Source of the DNA: an uncultured Spirochaetota bacterium
GTDB taxonomy: Bacteria; Spirochaetota; Spirochaetia; SZUA-6; Fen-1364
DNA length: 64,000 nt
Direction of reading: 5' to 3'
Assembly (NCBI GenBank): GCA_963745235.1
Contig: CAVUXE010000048.1
Coordinates: 1 to 64,000 of the forward strand
The position numbers and the translations under genes are program-made. This document shows, one piece after another, positions 19,170 to 29,093 of the stretch. The stretch's first letter is position 1; each line of letters starts with the position of its first letter. The notes under the pieces are model-generated. The model was not told the origin of the DNA, ran no database searches, and saw nothing but the letters and a program-made list of their open reading frames with translations.

Positions 19170-20284
19170 TATCCGAGGGATTTCACGATGGCAGCGGCGA
19201 TGGCCTCCGCGCCGTTCTGGGGGCCGACCTGCTGCAGCCGCTCCATGACATCCCGGCAGCTTGAGCGGTCTTTCGCCATCAGCGCTATCTGCTGCACGAA
19301 CTGGCGCGGCCGTGGGCAGAACCATCCGTAGCCGTTGTCCACGATGAAACGCATGTTCTCACGCTCGTTGGGCGCGCCAATGTGGGTCACGATCAGGGGG
19401 ATGCCCTTCTTCATTGCCATCATGGCATACCCCGTCCCGCATTTGCCGGCCAGGACGTCTGCCGCCGCCACGATCCCGCTGATGTCCTCCTGGTACCCCA
19501 TGGGAATCACCTTCGGACTGGAGAAACGCTTCGAAAGCAGGCGCAGCAACTGGTCGTTTCGACCGGTCAGCACAAGGAGCGTGGCCCCCTCCACCCCGCG
19601 GATGAATGCATCCACGAAGCGCATGGAGTGACCGATCCCCTCACCGCCGAGGCTGAGGATGACCAGCAGGTCCCTCTCCGGCACCCCAAGGCGTTTCTTG
19701 AAGACCTCCCGCGGCGCTCCGTTGGCGAGCAGGTGGGGATGCACCACCATGGGAACGCGATGCAGTTTCTCCTGAGCCACCCCGATGCGGCGCAGGCCTT
19801 CCTCGATGCGCGGCGTCAGCGTGAAGTACAGATCAGCGCCGCAATTGATGACTCCATAGGTGGCTCCGAGCTCACCGTAGATGTAGAACAGGGGAGGGGC
19901 CTGCGTGCCCCGCGCCAGGGAAAACAGGTGCGAGCATGCCCAATGGGTGGACATGATGAGGTCAGGCTGGTAGGAGGCAAGATACTCCGCGGCCTTGGGA
20001 ACGGCGGTGCGAAACCCCCGCCGGTTGAGCCTGTTGACCAGGCGGGGCGCCAGGCGCTCCAGCGCAAAAAGGAACTGGGACACGAACGCCGGCATCTTGA
20101 GAAAGACTCTCCACAGGTCCTCGAAGGTCTTCTTCATGAGGGCGTCGTCCAGGTCACGGGCCGCATCCATGATGCGGATATCCCAGGACGGGCGCATCTC
20201 GCGCACGTAGTGGGCTATGGCCTGGGCCAGCACGAGGTGGCCGAGCCCGGCGGACAGATAGGTCATGAGGATCTTTTTTCTCAT
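19169..20284 (-). CDS. MGDG synthase/UgtP-like GT28 glycosyltransferase
   Basis: SAGLGH, PDLIMSTH, LSLGGEG, TGRN, GPNERENMRF. Confidence 0.82.
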   Translation of the reverse strand: MRKKILMTYLSAGLGHLVLAQAIAHYVREMRPSWDIRIMDAARDLDDALMKKTFEDLWRVFLKMPAFVSQFLFALERLAPRLVNRLNRRGFRTAVPKAAEYLASYQPDLIMSTHWACSHLFSLARGTQAPPLFYIYGELGATYGVINCGADLYFTLTPRIEEGLRRIGVAQEKLHRVPMVVHPHLLANGAPREVFKKRLGVPERDLLVILSLGGEGIGHSMRFVDAFIRGVEGATLLVLTGRNDQLLRLLSKRFSSPKVIPMGYQEDISGIVAAADVLAGKCGTGYAMMAMKKGIPLIVTHIGAPNERENMRFIVDNGYGWFCPRPRQFVQQIALMAKDRSSCRDVMERLQQVGPQNGAEAIAAAIVKSLG

Positions 20285-20309
20285 CGAGGCAGCTCCGTTC
20301 TGAGTTTCA

Positions 20310-21065
20310 TTACGCAGTTTCCCTTCCGAGCCGCTGCTTGCGCACGCGGCCACGGTAGGCGATGCAGTCGTTCAGGATTCCGACCAGCGCGTGGTGAAAG
20401 AGCACATACAGGAATGAGCCTGTGATAGCGGTGATGCTCCCGGCAATGACGCCGAGGATGAACGCCCCCAGGACTTCCGAGTTGGGGTGGCCGATGTGGT
20501 AGATGGTGGACAGGAACGTGGAGACCATCACCACCACGACAAGACAGGGAACCGTGTGGGGGAGCAGAGCCAGGAGTGAAAAGAGAATGACCCCTCTGAA
20601 GGTAAACTCCCAGGGGAGGTAATACAGGACCAGGTACGCCGACTCATAGAGGATGAAGCGGGCCGGGCCTGACATGGCTTCCTTGGAGAACGGGTAATGC
20701 TCCCGCAGGGCCGGGTCCCGCAGGCCGAAGAACAGCCCCAGCAGTGACAAAGGCAGGAGCGCAACGGTAAGGATCAGGCCCAACCTCCAGTTGCCCAGCC
20801 CCAGCCCCGCGGACCAGGGGGAGAGCCCGACCGGCCCACCGCGCAGAATGACCACCGTCAGCGGAACGAGAAAGAAGAAGACGAAGACACACACGAAATA
20901 GGTCATCACCGGCCTGAAGTCGCTACTCGCGTCCCGCACGAGGTTGCGGATATTGAGCACCGATGAGAGCAGCAGGAACGAGATCCCGAGGGCGCTGAAG
21001 AGAACGGCGTAAGGATCCGCGAGGATGGAGACCGCTGTCGCTGCCGCAGACGTGAGCCATTGCAT
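20310..21065 (-). CDS. CPBP/Abi family intramembrane metalloprotease
   Basis: WEFTFRG, YHIGHP, HHALVG motifs; multiple TM helices. Confidence 0.8.
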   Translation of the reverse strand: MQWLTSAAATAVSILADPYAVLFSALGISFLLLSSVLNIRNLVRDASSDFRPVMTYFVCVFVFFFLVPLTVVILRGGPVGLSPWSAGLGLGNWRLGLILTVALLPLSLLGLFFGLRDPALREHYPFSKEAMSGPARFILYESAYLVLYYLPWEFTFRGVILFSLLALLPHTVPCLVVVVMVSTFLSTIYHIGHPNSEVLGAFILGVIAGSITAITGSFLYVLFHHALVGILNDCIAYRGRVRKQRLGRETA

Positions 21066-21071
21066 GCTTTT

Positions 21072-22091
21072 CTACCTCCCTCGCGACTTGTTCAAATACC
21101 CCGAGGCTTTTTCCCTGGCATACCATTCCATGATGGACTCGAGCTGGCGATCCAGGTCCTGGTCCGGCTGGTAGCCGAGCTCCGCTATTGTCCGGGAGAT
21201 GTCGTAGCTCGTGTCCTTCCCGATCTTGCTCACACGATACCAGGTCAGCAGCGCCTCGTAGGACGGGAAGATCGCATGGAGGACCTGCATGAAAGCGGCA
21301 AGGGCGTAAGCCACGGCAACCGGCACGAAGATACGCTGCTGCCTGCCCAACCGCAGCTGGAAGAAGCCCATCAGCTGCCGCCACGTGACGTCCTGCCCGT
21401 TTGCAACGGTGTACGCAGATCCGTCCTTTCCGCGCATCTGGCAGGCAAGGTGACACGCCTTGGCGAGGTTGCCCACGTAGCAGAAGCTCAGGATCCGGTT
21501 CCCCGTCCCCGCAAGGGTAGGCCAACCGGACTCGATGCCGTCAAGGATTCTCAGGCTCGAGGTCCGGTCATTCGGGCCGAAGACATCGGTGGGCCGCAGG
21601 ATGACCACTGGCAGCCCTTTTTCCATGAACCTGTCCAGGAGGAACTGCTCCGTCATCTCCTTCGCCCGGGTATAGGAAAGGTTCCCATAGGGGGGTTTCC
21701 CGGGATTCTGCTCGGAAATGTTCACAGACCTGTGCCCCAGGACGAGCCCCGTCGAAATGTAGATGAACCGCCGGACAGGGATCTTGTTATCCTCCAGGGA
21801 CTGCACCAGGTTCACCGTTGTGTCCAGGATGTTTTGCCGCGCCTTCGCCATTGAAACGTCATCAAGCACCAGCGACGCGGCGTGGATGACATAGTCGATG
21901 GACGACGGCAGGTCCACGCGGCTGGTCTTTGCCAGGTCCCCCCTGATCAGATTGACCGGAGCTCCCTCCAGGAAATGCAGGTCCGAGGTCTCACGCACGA
22001 GCCCGAAAACTTCGTAGGAGCGTTCAAGAAAGTACGAGCACAGGTTTGAGCCGATGAACCCGTTCGCCCCCGTGATCAGGACCCGTTCCAT
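21072..22091 (-). CDS. NAD-dependent epimerase/dehydratase (extended SDR, 3-beta-HSD-like)
   Basis: TGANGFIG, YTRAK, ILRPTDVFGP. Confidence 0.85.
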   Translation of the reverse strand: MERVLITGANGFIGSNLCSYFLERSYEVFGLVRETSDLHFLEGAPVNLIRGDLAKTSRVDLPSSIDYVIHAASLVLDDVSMAKARQNILDTTVNLVQSLEDNKIPVRRFIYISTGLVLGHRSVNISEQNPGKPPYGNLSYTRAKEMTEQFLLDRFMEKGLPVVILRPTDVFGPNDRTSSLRILDGIESGWPTLAGTGNRILSFCYVGNLAKACHLACQMRGKDGSAYTVANGQDVTWRQLMGFFQLRLGRQQRIFVPVAVAYALAAFMQVLHAIFPSYEALLTWYRVSKIGKDTSYDISRTIAELGYQPDQDLDRQLESIMEWYAREKASGYLNKSRGR

Positions 22092-22184
22092 CTCTTCCCC
22101 TTGCGAGATCTCCACTGACCGCTGTGCACACGACGATAGCGAAACATCGCAATAACTTCCATAGGCGCGGCGGCGCGAAGACCC

Positions 22185-22961
22185 TCACGTCTCCCGTTCA
22201 CGTCTGCGAGCGGGGTCCTGCTTGTAGAACGCGCACAGGAGCCGATAGACGTCCGGATACTCACTCTGCAACACCTCCGGCTGCTCGAAAAAGTACTCAC
22301 TCGCCACCGCAAAGAACTCTCCGTCATCCGTCGCGGCGTACGGATCCATCCTCAACCTGCGCTTCTTTGCCGCGGCGCGCCGCGACAGGTCCTCGAACGC
22401 CCGTGAGAAGACCTCCAGCCATTCACGGGGACTCATGCCCTCATGAAGCGCCGGCCTCCCGTTCACCTCTCCGTCGAGAAGGTCGAGACGATGTGCCGCC
22501 TCGTGGATGACCACGTTGTAGCCGTCTCCCCATCCGGATTCTTCGACATCTTTCCACGACAACACGACGGGCCCAGCGTCCCAGGATTCGCCGCTGTTGT
22601 CCTCTTGCCATTCATGAGCTACCCCGGCGCTGTCGACCTCGGTGTGCTCCTCGATGAAGACATCAGGCACCACCACGATGGTCTTCCAGTTCTCGTACCA
22701 CTCCATCCCGAGGTTGAGAATGGGCAGGCACGCCTGAACCGAAATGACCTCACGGATCACGTCCGTAGGCTCCAGGCCGTCCGCTCCCTCGAAGGTCTTC
22801 TCATGGAGGAATATCGTCGCCATCCCGCGAAGCCTGTCCCGTTCCTCCCGTGACAGGCCGTCGAGGATCGGGTGATCCCTGAGGAGCCATTCCCAAGCCT
22901 CGTCCGAGAGAAGCCCCTCCCTGAGGATGCGCGACCTGCGGATCCTTCGAAGCATTCCCAC
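22185..22961 (-). CDS. Zinc-dependent peptidase, MtfA/M90 family
   Basis: SGESWDAGPVVLSW, NVVIHEAAHRLD, EFFAVASEYFFE. Confidence 0.85.
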   Translation of the reverse strand: MGMLRRIRRSRILREGLLSDEAWEWLLRDHPILDGLSREERDRLRGMATIFLHEKTFEGADGLEPTDVIREVISVQACLPILNLGMEWYENWKTIVVVPDVFIEEHTEVDSAGVAHEWQEDNSGESWDAGPVVLSWKDVEESGWGDGYNVVIHEAAHRLDLLDGEVNGRPALHEGMSPREWLEVFSRAFEDLSRRAAAKKRRLRMDPYAATDDGEFFAVASEYFFEQPEVLQSEYPDVYRLLCAFYKQDPARRRERET

Positions 22962-22976
22962 AGCAGTTTTCCCTAT

Positions 22977-23080
22977 GCGCTCCGACGCTTCCCCTGGGCG
23001 CTCCGGCGCTTCCTCTGGGCGCCCCGGCGCTTCCGCTAGGCGCCCCGGCGCTTCCTCTAGGCGCCCCGGCGCTTCCCCAG
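22977..23080. repeat. Intergenic 21-bp tandem repeat, about 5 copies
   Basis: GCGC(T/C)CCG(G/A)CGCTTCC..T(G/A)G units starting at 22977, 22998, 23019, 23040 and 23061. Confidence 0.85.
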
Positions 23081-23240
23081 GCGCTTTAGCGCTTCTCTTG
23101 ACGCCGCCACCACTTTAAGTGATAGCAGCGAGCCGGTCAATATTTCGCTGGAGGTGGATGGACTCCTGCATCGGCTTCCGAGGTATGGGGCTTTTCCTGC
23201 GCGAGCGGACACTATATGTTCTTTGCGAACCAGCGGATCG

Positions 23241-23311
23241 AGCGCCCGATGGGAGTCGAACCCACGTCATGAGCTTGGAGGGCTCAGGTAATACCGTTAT
23301 ACGACGGGCGC
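23241..23311 (-). tRNA. tRNA-Gly(TCC), CCA not encoded
   Basis: Acceptor stem GCGCCCG/CGGGCGC, U73, anticodon arm TGAGC-CCTCCAA-GCTCA, T-arm GGTTCGACTCC. Confidence 0.9.
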
Positions 23312-23397
23312 GTCTATCCAGGACGAAGAGCAATTTATCCGGGCGGCGGAGAAAGGTCAAGAGAACCGGCCGAAACGCTGCATTTCAGGAGGCGCGC

Positions 23398-23625
23398 ATG
23401 GGGACTCGAGGGGAGATCTTTTCCTCGAAGGCGAACACCGCGAAGCGGACGTATTTCTTCAATGTAAAAGAGAACCGCACGGGAGACGTCTTTCTCAACA
23501 TCGTGGAGAGCAAGAAGAGCGGAGACGATCAATTCGAGCGGAGGTCCGTGATCGTATTCAAGGAAGACCTTGGCGCCTTTCTCGAGGGCTTCGAGGCAGC
23601 CGTGCGCTTCATCAAGGGGCAGTGA
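23398..23625 (+). CDS. PUR-domain nucleic-acid-binding protein (DUF3276, BpuR-like)
   Basis: RTYFFNVKENRTGDVFLNIVESK; GGAGG ribosome-binding site. Confidence 0.85.
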   Translation: MGTRGEIFSSKANTAKRTYFFNVKENRTGDVFLNIVESKKSGDDQFERRSVIVFKEDLGAFLEGFEAAVRFIKGQ

Positions 23626-24172
23626 CGCGGAAGGACAGGCGCTGGATCCTGGACGGTCCCACGAACAACACGACGCGGCGGTGCTCCGGAGTGGGATACC
23701 CCTTGTGCCTCTCGAAGCCGTAGACGGGCTCGAGCATCGCGTACTCCTCCATCCAGGCGTCCCGGGCTGTTTTCGCAATGATGGAGGCAGCCATGATCTC
23801 GGGAACCGTCGCGTCCCCTTTCACGATTGCGGAGCTCGGGATTCCGCAGGCCGGGCAGAACAGGCCATCAACAAGGACCCGCGCGGGACGGACCGTCAGC
23901 GTCTGAACGGCGCGCCTCATGGCAAGCAGGGTCGCGTTGTGTATGTTCAGCGCATCTATCTCTGAGCTCGAGGCCCATCCCAGGCTCCAGGCAATGGCTT
24001 CACGCCGAATGACCACGGCCGCGGCAGTCCTCTGCTCGGGAGTGAGCGCTTTCGAATCATCGAGGAGGTCGCGCGGAAAGTCAGAAGGGAGAATGACTGC
24101 GGCTGCCGCAACCGGCCCCGCCAGAGGCCCCCGCCCCGCCTCATCCACGCCGCACAGGAGATCACAGCTCAT
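23612..24172 (-). CDS. rnhB: Ribonuclease HII
   Basis: GVDEAGRGPLAGPV, DSK, AASIIAK, HKGYPT. Confidence 0.95.
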   Translation of the reverse strand: MSCDLLCGVDEAGRGPLAGPVAAAAVILPSDFPRDLLDDSKALTPEQRTAAAVVIRREAIAWSLGWASSSEIDALNIHNATLLAMRRAVQTLTVRPARVLVDGLFCPACGIPSSAIVKGDATVPEIMAASIIAKTARDAWMEEYAMLEPVYGFERHKGYPTPEHRRVVLFVGPSRIQRLSFRVTAP

Positions 24173-24277
24173 CGTTTTCCCGGCGCGCCTTGACCACCCC
24201 CCTGTATGGGGTGTTTACTAAGTCCCGCTGGGCCCTCCTTCACCGGGCAGCGTAACGCATTTCGACTGGGAGCGAAA

Positions 24278-27094
24278 GTGTTCTTAAAGACGCTTGAGAT
24301 CTTCGGATTCAAATCATTTGCAGACAAGGTAAAGATCGAGTTCACGGACGGGGTCGCGGCGCTCCTGGGACCGAACGGCTGCGGCAAGAGCAACGTCGTG
24401 GATGCCATGAAGTGGGTCCTCGGAGAGCAGTCGTCCAAGTCCCTGCGCGCGGAGAGCATGAACGACGTGATTTTCGCGGGCAGCGACTCGCGCAAGCCGG
24501 TGAACGTCTGCGAAGTCACCCTGACAGTCTCCAACCAGGACGAGGTGCTTCCTTTGAACCTTCCGGAGATTTCCATCCGGCGGAGGCTTTACCGCTCGGG
24601 TGAGAGCGAATACTTCATCAACGGGAACCTCGTCAAGCTGCGGGAGGTCCGTGAGCTGTTCTTCGACACCGGGATCGGGAAGTCCGCCTACTCGATCATG
24701 GAGCAGGGCAAGATCGACCAGCTCCTGTCCACCAAGCCGGAGGAACGGCGCTCCGTCTTCGAAGAAGCGGCCGGGATCACGCGCTTTCGCGTGCGCGGCC
24801 AGGAAGCGGAGAGGAAACTGGAAAAGACCGAGGAGAACATGCGCCACGTGGAGGGAATCCTCGACGAGGTGCGCCGCAGCTACAACTCGCTCAAGGTGCA
24901 GGCGGAAAAGGCGGAGGCCTACCGGAAGCTGCGGGAGGAGATATTCGAGGTGGAGCTGGAAATCCAGCTCCTGCGCCTGAAGGGTTTGCTGGAGGACAAG
25001 AAGAAACGGGAAGGCCGCCTCGGGGACAAGGAGAAGGCGCGTGACGAGATCCAGCGCTCCATCGATGCCGGCACCGCATCAATCGCCCAACAGGCTGACC
25101 TGCTCAACTCCATGGAGTCCCAGCTCGTGGAGACCCACAAGAAGGTCTATCAGCTCGACATGGAGAAGAACACCCGGGAGAACCAGATCCATATCTACCG
25201 GGAGAGGATCGGCGAGCTTGACCGGAGCATGGAGGCGGACCAGGTCCGGGAGAAGAACGTCACGCGGAAGCTGCAGGAGCTCGCGGCCGACAGCGAACGC
25301 AGGCAGACGGCCCTCGTGGACCTGGCTCGCAGGATCCAGGAGACAGAAGGGAACATCGAGGGGTTCACCCGGGACATAGACGGCTTCGGAGGACGAGTAA
25401 AGGCCAACGAAGAGACCATCCGGGACAACGGGTCGACCATCAGCGGGCTCGAGTCCACCATGGAAGGGCTTCGCACCGAGCTGCGCGCCATCACGGAAGA
25501 CATTGTCACGCAGCTGGATGCCCGACTCGCGGAGATGGGCTACTCCTCCGCGGAGCGGCAGGCGGTTGAAACATCCATTGAGGAAGCGCTGCAAAGCCTC
25601 AGGATCCAGCTGGGCGGCAAGATATCCATCCTCGAAGACGCCTCCCGCGTCGACAGCGTGTCCAAGGCGGAGCGGGACAAGATCGTACAAAACACCATTT
25701 CCGTGCTGAAGGCATCCCTGGAGAAGCTCACCACCCTCGAGCAGCTTTTCTCGAAGTACCGGGGATTTGCGCCGTCCTTCCTCGACGAGTTTCTCGCGCC
25801 ACAGGGCATCATCACGCGCAAGAGAGACATCGATGAGAGGATCAACGAGACCGCCGGCGCGGCGTCACGGCTGCGCCAGCAGAACGAGCAGCTTTCCCGT
25901 GACAATGACGCGCTGCGGGAGAAGATAGAGGAGTATCGCAAGACCCTGGAGGAGCTTCGCGTCAACCGGGCCAGGCTGCAGACGCAGAGGTCGGGACTCC
26001 TGGAAGAGATGGACAGGCTCGCGCGGGAAAAGGCGGAGCAGGAAGGGCTCCTGTCGGAGATCGGGCTGCAGATCGAGGAGACGCAGAGGAAAAGGGGAGA
26101 AACCGAGCAGCGGATCTCCGCGGCGGACGAAGAACGCTCGAAGCTCGAGTCCGAGGAGAAAAAAGTCCGTTCCGCGCTGAGCGGGCTCGAAGGGCAGATC
26201 AGCTCGCAGAGCAAGGAGCTGCTCGCGAAGGAGGAGGACCTCAAGCAGCGGAGCATCCTCCTCACCCGCGCGCAATCGGAGATCGAAAAGACGCAGATCG
26301 AGGTGGCGGAGATCCGCACGGAGATCAAGGACCTGCACGCAAGCTTCACCGAGCGCTTTTCCCGCGACCTCTCCGAATACGAGACGCGCATTCCCGACCT
26401 GGTGCCCAATCGCGACCTCCGCCCGCGGTTGGCGGAGCTGCGGGAGGAGATGAGGAAGCTCGGGCAGGTCAACCTCATGGCCTCGGAGGAGTTCGCCGAA
26501 GTCAAGGACAGGTTCGATTTCCTGACGGGGCAGCTCGGGGATCTGACGCGGGCTCGCGAAGACCTGAAGAGGGTCACCACGGAGATCAGGACAGAGTCCA
26601 CGGAGCTTTTTCTCGATACCTACAACAAGATAAAGAAGAACTTCCACACCGTCTTCCGCCGCCTCTTCGGCGGGGGGAGGGCGGAGCTGCGCCTGGAGAC
26701 GCCGGACGCCCCGCTTGATTCCGGGATCGAGGTCTTCGCGCAGCCGCCGGGAAAGAAGCTTGAGAACATCCAACTCCTGTCGGGAGGCGAGAGGTCGCTC
26801 ACGGGTGTTGCCCTCATGTTCGCCATGTACATGGTGAAGCCATCGCCGTTCTGCCTCCTGGATGAGATCGATGCGGCTCTCGACGAGGAAAACGTGGCGC
26901 GACTCAGCACTCTCCTGAAAGAGTTCGCCAACAATTCGCAGTTCATTGTCATTACCCACAACAAGCGCACGGTCGCCGGAGCCGATGTCTTGTACGGCGT
27001 GACCATGGAGGAATCAGGGGTCTCCAAGCTGGTTGCGGTCCGGCTGGAAAACAAGGAGCGAGGTGAAACTGTCCCTTCGGCTGCCCCGGCTTGA
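24278..27094 (+). CDS. smc: Chromosome segregation protein SMC (short spirochete type)
   Basis: Walker A GPNGCGKSN, signature LSGGE, Walker B LLDEIDAALD, long coiled coil. Confidence 0.93.
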   Translation: MFLKTLEIFGFKSFADKVKIEFTDGVAALLGPNGCGKSNVVDAMKWVLGEQSSKSLRAESMNDVIFAGSDSRKPVNVCEVTLTVSNQDEVLPLNLPEISIRRRLYRSGESEYFINGNLVKLREVRELFFDTGIGKSAYSIMEQGKIDQLLSTKPEERRSVFEEAAGITRFRVRGQEAERKLEKTEENMRHVEGILDEVRRSYNSLKVQAEKAEAYRKLREEIFEVELEIQLLRLKGLLEDKKKREGRLGDKEKARDEIQRSIDAGTASIAQQADLLNSMESQLVETHKKVYQLDMEKNTRENQIHIYRERIGELDRSMEADQVREKNVTRKLQELAADSERRQTALVDLARRIQETEGNIEGFTRDIDGFGGRVKANEETIRDNGSTISGLESTMEGLRTELRAITEDIVTQLDARLAEMGYSSAERQAVETSIEEALQSLRIQLGGKISILEDASRVDSVSKAERDKIVQNTISVLKASLEKLTTLEQLFSKYRGFAPSFLDEFLAPQGIITRKRDIDERINETAGAASRLRQQNEQLSRDNDALREKIEEYRKTLEELRVNRARLQTQRSGLLEEMDRLAREKAEQEGLLSEIGLQIEETQRKRGETEQRISAADEERSKLESEEKKVRSALSGLEGQISSQSKELLAKEEDLKQRSILLTRAQSEIEKTQIEVAEIRTEIKDLHASFTERFSRDLSEYETRIPDLVPNRDLRPRLAELREEMRKLGQVNLMASEEFAEVKDRFDFLTGQLGDLTRAREDLKRVTTEIRTESTELFLDTYNKIKKNFHTVFRRLFGGGRAELRLETPDAPLDSGIEVFAQPPGKKLENIQLLSGGERSLTGVALMFAMYMVKPSPFCLLDEIDAALDEENVARLSTLLKEFANNSQFIVITHNKRTVAGADVLYGVTMEESGVSKLVAVRLENKERGETVPSAAPA

Positions 27095-27512
27095 GAAGAT
27101 CAGGGAGGTCCTGCGCTCCCGCGAAAAAGGCGCGGCTCGGCCAGGGGCGCTGCGCCGCGAGGTCCTCATCATTGCGGCCGCGGGCGTGGCCTCAGCCGTC
27201 ATCACGCTGATCGTTCTGACGGTTTCATTCAACGCTCGGGAGCGTCGGGCAGCGGAGCTGACAAAAGCGGCGCCGGTCGGCGCGCAGGCTGCTTCCCACG
27301 CACCAGAGGAGCTGTCCGTTGATGATTTCATCCTTCCCACGGTGCCCCCCGCCGACAGCCTGCCTGACTACTATCCTTTTCGGCCGCGTCTTCATCGATG
27401 GAGCAGGGAGAATGTGGAGAGGTTCTGGGTTTCGCCCCGGCAGATAGCGATTGACACCATCGCGACGATCAACGACAGGAACATGGAGAGCGTGTTCGAG
27501 AAAGTGCGGTGA
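27063..27512 (+). CDS. Hypothetical single-pass membrane protein
   Basis: One TM segment; coupled to the smc 3' end. Confidence 0.6.
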   Translation: MKLSLRLPRLEKIREVLRSREKGAARPGALRREVLIIAAAGVASAVITLIVLTVSFNARERRAAELTKAAPVGAQAASHAPEELSVDDFILPTVPPADSLPDYYPFRPRLHRWSRENVERFWVSPRQIAIDTIATINDRNMESVFEKVR

Positions 27513-27534
27513 GTCGGCCTCGGGAGGGGAACCG

Positions 27535-28992
27535 ATGAGAATCACAGGCAGAGTCTTTCTTTTCACCGTCATGACGGCAGCTCTTCTCTCGTGCGCCTCG
27601 GGCCCCTCGCAGAAGGCTTCGCGCCCTGTTGAAGACTCCCTGCCGCCCGACACGCCTGCCGCGGAGGGCCAGTCCCAGCCCGCGGACGCCGCGCTGGGAC
27701 TGCCGTCCGCCCCGCAGACGCGCGCCGCTCCTGAGGCCCAGTCCATCCAGCCGGCGGGCAGCTCTGAGTCCCAGGACTTCCCCCTGACAACGCCGCAGCC
27801 TCCTTCGGATAGTGAGAAGCCGCCCAAGGTCGCGAAGCCCTCGGCCGCCGCACCGAGTCAGCCGGCGGCGGCACCGAGTCGGCCGGCGGCGCTGAAACCG
27901 TCAGGCGCGCAGAAGCAAGCCGCCGCTCCCAAACCCCGGGCAGGCGCTGCGCAACCGCAGGCAGGCGCCGCGCAACCCCCGGCGAGTCCGCCACAAAGCG
28001 CGCAATCCCCCGCGGCGGCCGCCCAGACGGCAGCGGTCCAGACAGCGGCCGCGCAGCCGTCCGCGCCACCCACATACGGAAAGCTCCGCGAGATTTTTGC
28101 GCGGGAGGGAGATGACGTTCAGATCGGCCTTGATGGACCCGGCTTTCTTTTCCTGGGGTTCCCGGATCGCAGCCCGAACGGGGATGGAATGTCCTTCAAG
28201 GGCAAGGACACCCGGGACGGGAAGACCTGGTTCAGCTTCACGGCGTTGAAGCTTGGCACGTACGACCTTGATTTCCTGAGGCAGGACAACACCACGGGCA
28301 CCTCGTCGAAGGAGACGGTCCGGGTGCACGTGGTCTCCGACGCGGATTTCGCCGCGGCGGTCAACCAGGGACAGCAGCAGGCGCCAGCATCGACAGAGGC
28401 GCCGGGTGACCCGGCTTTTGCGGCAAAGCTCACCAGCCTCGGACAATACGACGCTGCAATCGCGGAGCTTCTCAAGGGATACCGGGACGGCAATCCTGAT
28501 TTGAACGACAGGATCGCACAGCTGTACCTGCGCACCGGGGCCTACGACGCAGCCGGGAAGTACTTCTCCAAGAACATGGCCGAGCAGGGCGAGTACGGAG
28601 AGAGTGCCGTGCTCGGGCTTACCAAAATCGCCATAGCGCAGAAGGACCAGCCGGAGCTTCTCTCTCTTCTGAAACGCCTTCTCGCCGTGAAGGACCCGGG
28701 GCTGGAGGAGACTCTATTGGCCGCGGCGCGCCTGGAAAAAGAGAAGCAGGAGGTCGGGCTGGGGATCGACCTGGCCTCGGAATACCTGTCGCGCTACCCC
28801 GAGGGAACGTGGCGTGATGAAGCGGACTACCTCCTTGCGCAGATGCTGGAGGTCGATTCGCCGTTTCGAGATATCGCGCGGGCCCGCGTGACGTACCGGG
28901 AAATCCTGGACCTGTATCCTGAAAGCCTCTTCGCCTCCCGAGCGCGGGACCGCATCGAGTACATCGACAGGCATTTCTTTCAGATCCGCTGA
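27535..28992 (+). CDS. TPR lipoprotein with Pro/Ala-rich linker (BamD/YbgF-like C-terminus)
   Basis: Lipobox LLSC, low-complexity linker, YLSRYPEG...ADYLLAQ and ILDLYPESLFA TPR motifs. Confidence 0.75.
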   Translation: MRITGRVFLFTVMTAALLSCASGPSQKASRPVEDSLPPDTPAAEGQSQPADAALGLPSAPQTRAAPEAQSIQPAGSSESQDFPLTTPQPPSDSEKPPKVAKPSAAAPSQPAAAPSRPAALKPSGAQKQAAAPKPRAGAAQPQAGAAQPPASPPQSAQSPAAAAQTAAVQTAAAQPSAPPTYGKLREIFAREGDDVQIGLDGPGFLFLGFPDRSPNGDGMSFKGKDTRDGKTWFSFTALKLGTYDLDFLRQDNTTGTSSKETVRVHVVSDADFAAAVNQGQQQAPASTEAPGDPAFAAKLTSLGQYDAAIAELLKGYRDGNPDLNDRIAQLYLRTGAYDAAGKYFSKNMAEQGEYGESAVLGLTKIAIAQKDQPELLSLLKRLLAVKDPGLEETLLAAARLEKEKQEVGLGIDLASEYLSRYPEGTWRDEADYLLAQMLEVDSPFRDIARARVTYREILDLYPESLFASRARDRIEYIDRHFFQIR

Positions 28993-29029
28993 GCTTGCGC
29001 GCATGATGCGCCGCGCAAGTCCCCCATCC

Positions 29030-29058
29030 TTGACACTGCCCATGGATCTCAGTATATA
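29030..29058 (+). promoter_or_regulatory. Sigma70-type promoter of the ffh operon
   Basis: TTGACA-N17-TATATA upstream of ffh. Confidence 0.6.
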
Positions 29059-29093
29059 GTGGCCTGTTCAATACTTACGAAGAACGGACACGG

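Noticed and set aside
22977-23100. CRISPR array
   Set aside because: The units are contiguous 21-mers with no unique spacers, and there are no cas genes.
27841-28070. Short tandem repeats as a mobile or regulatory element
   Set aside because: They are in frame and encode the Pro/Ala/Gln linker of the TPR lipoprotein.
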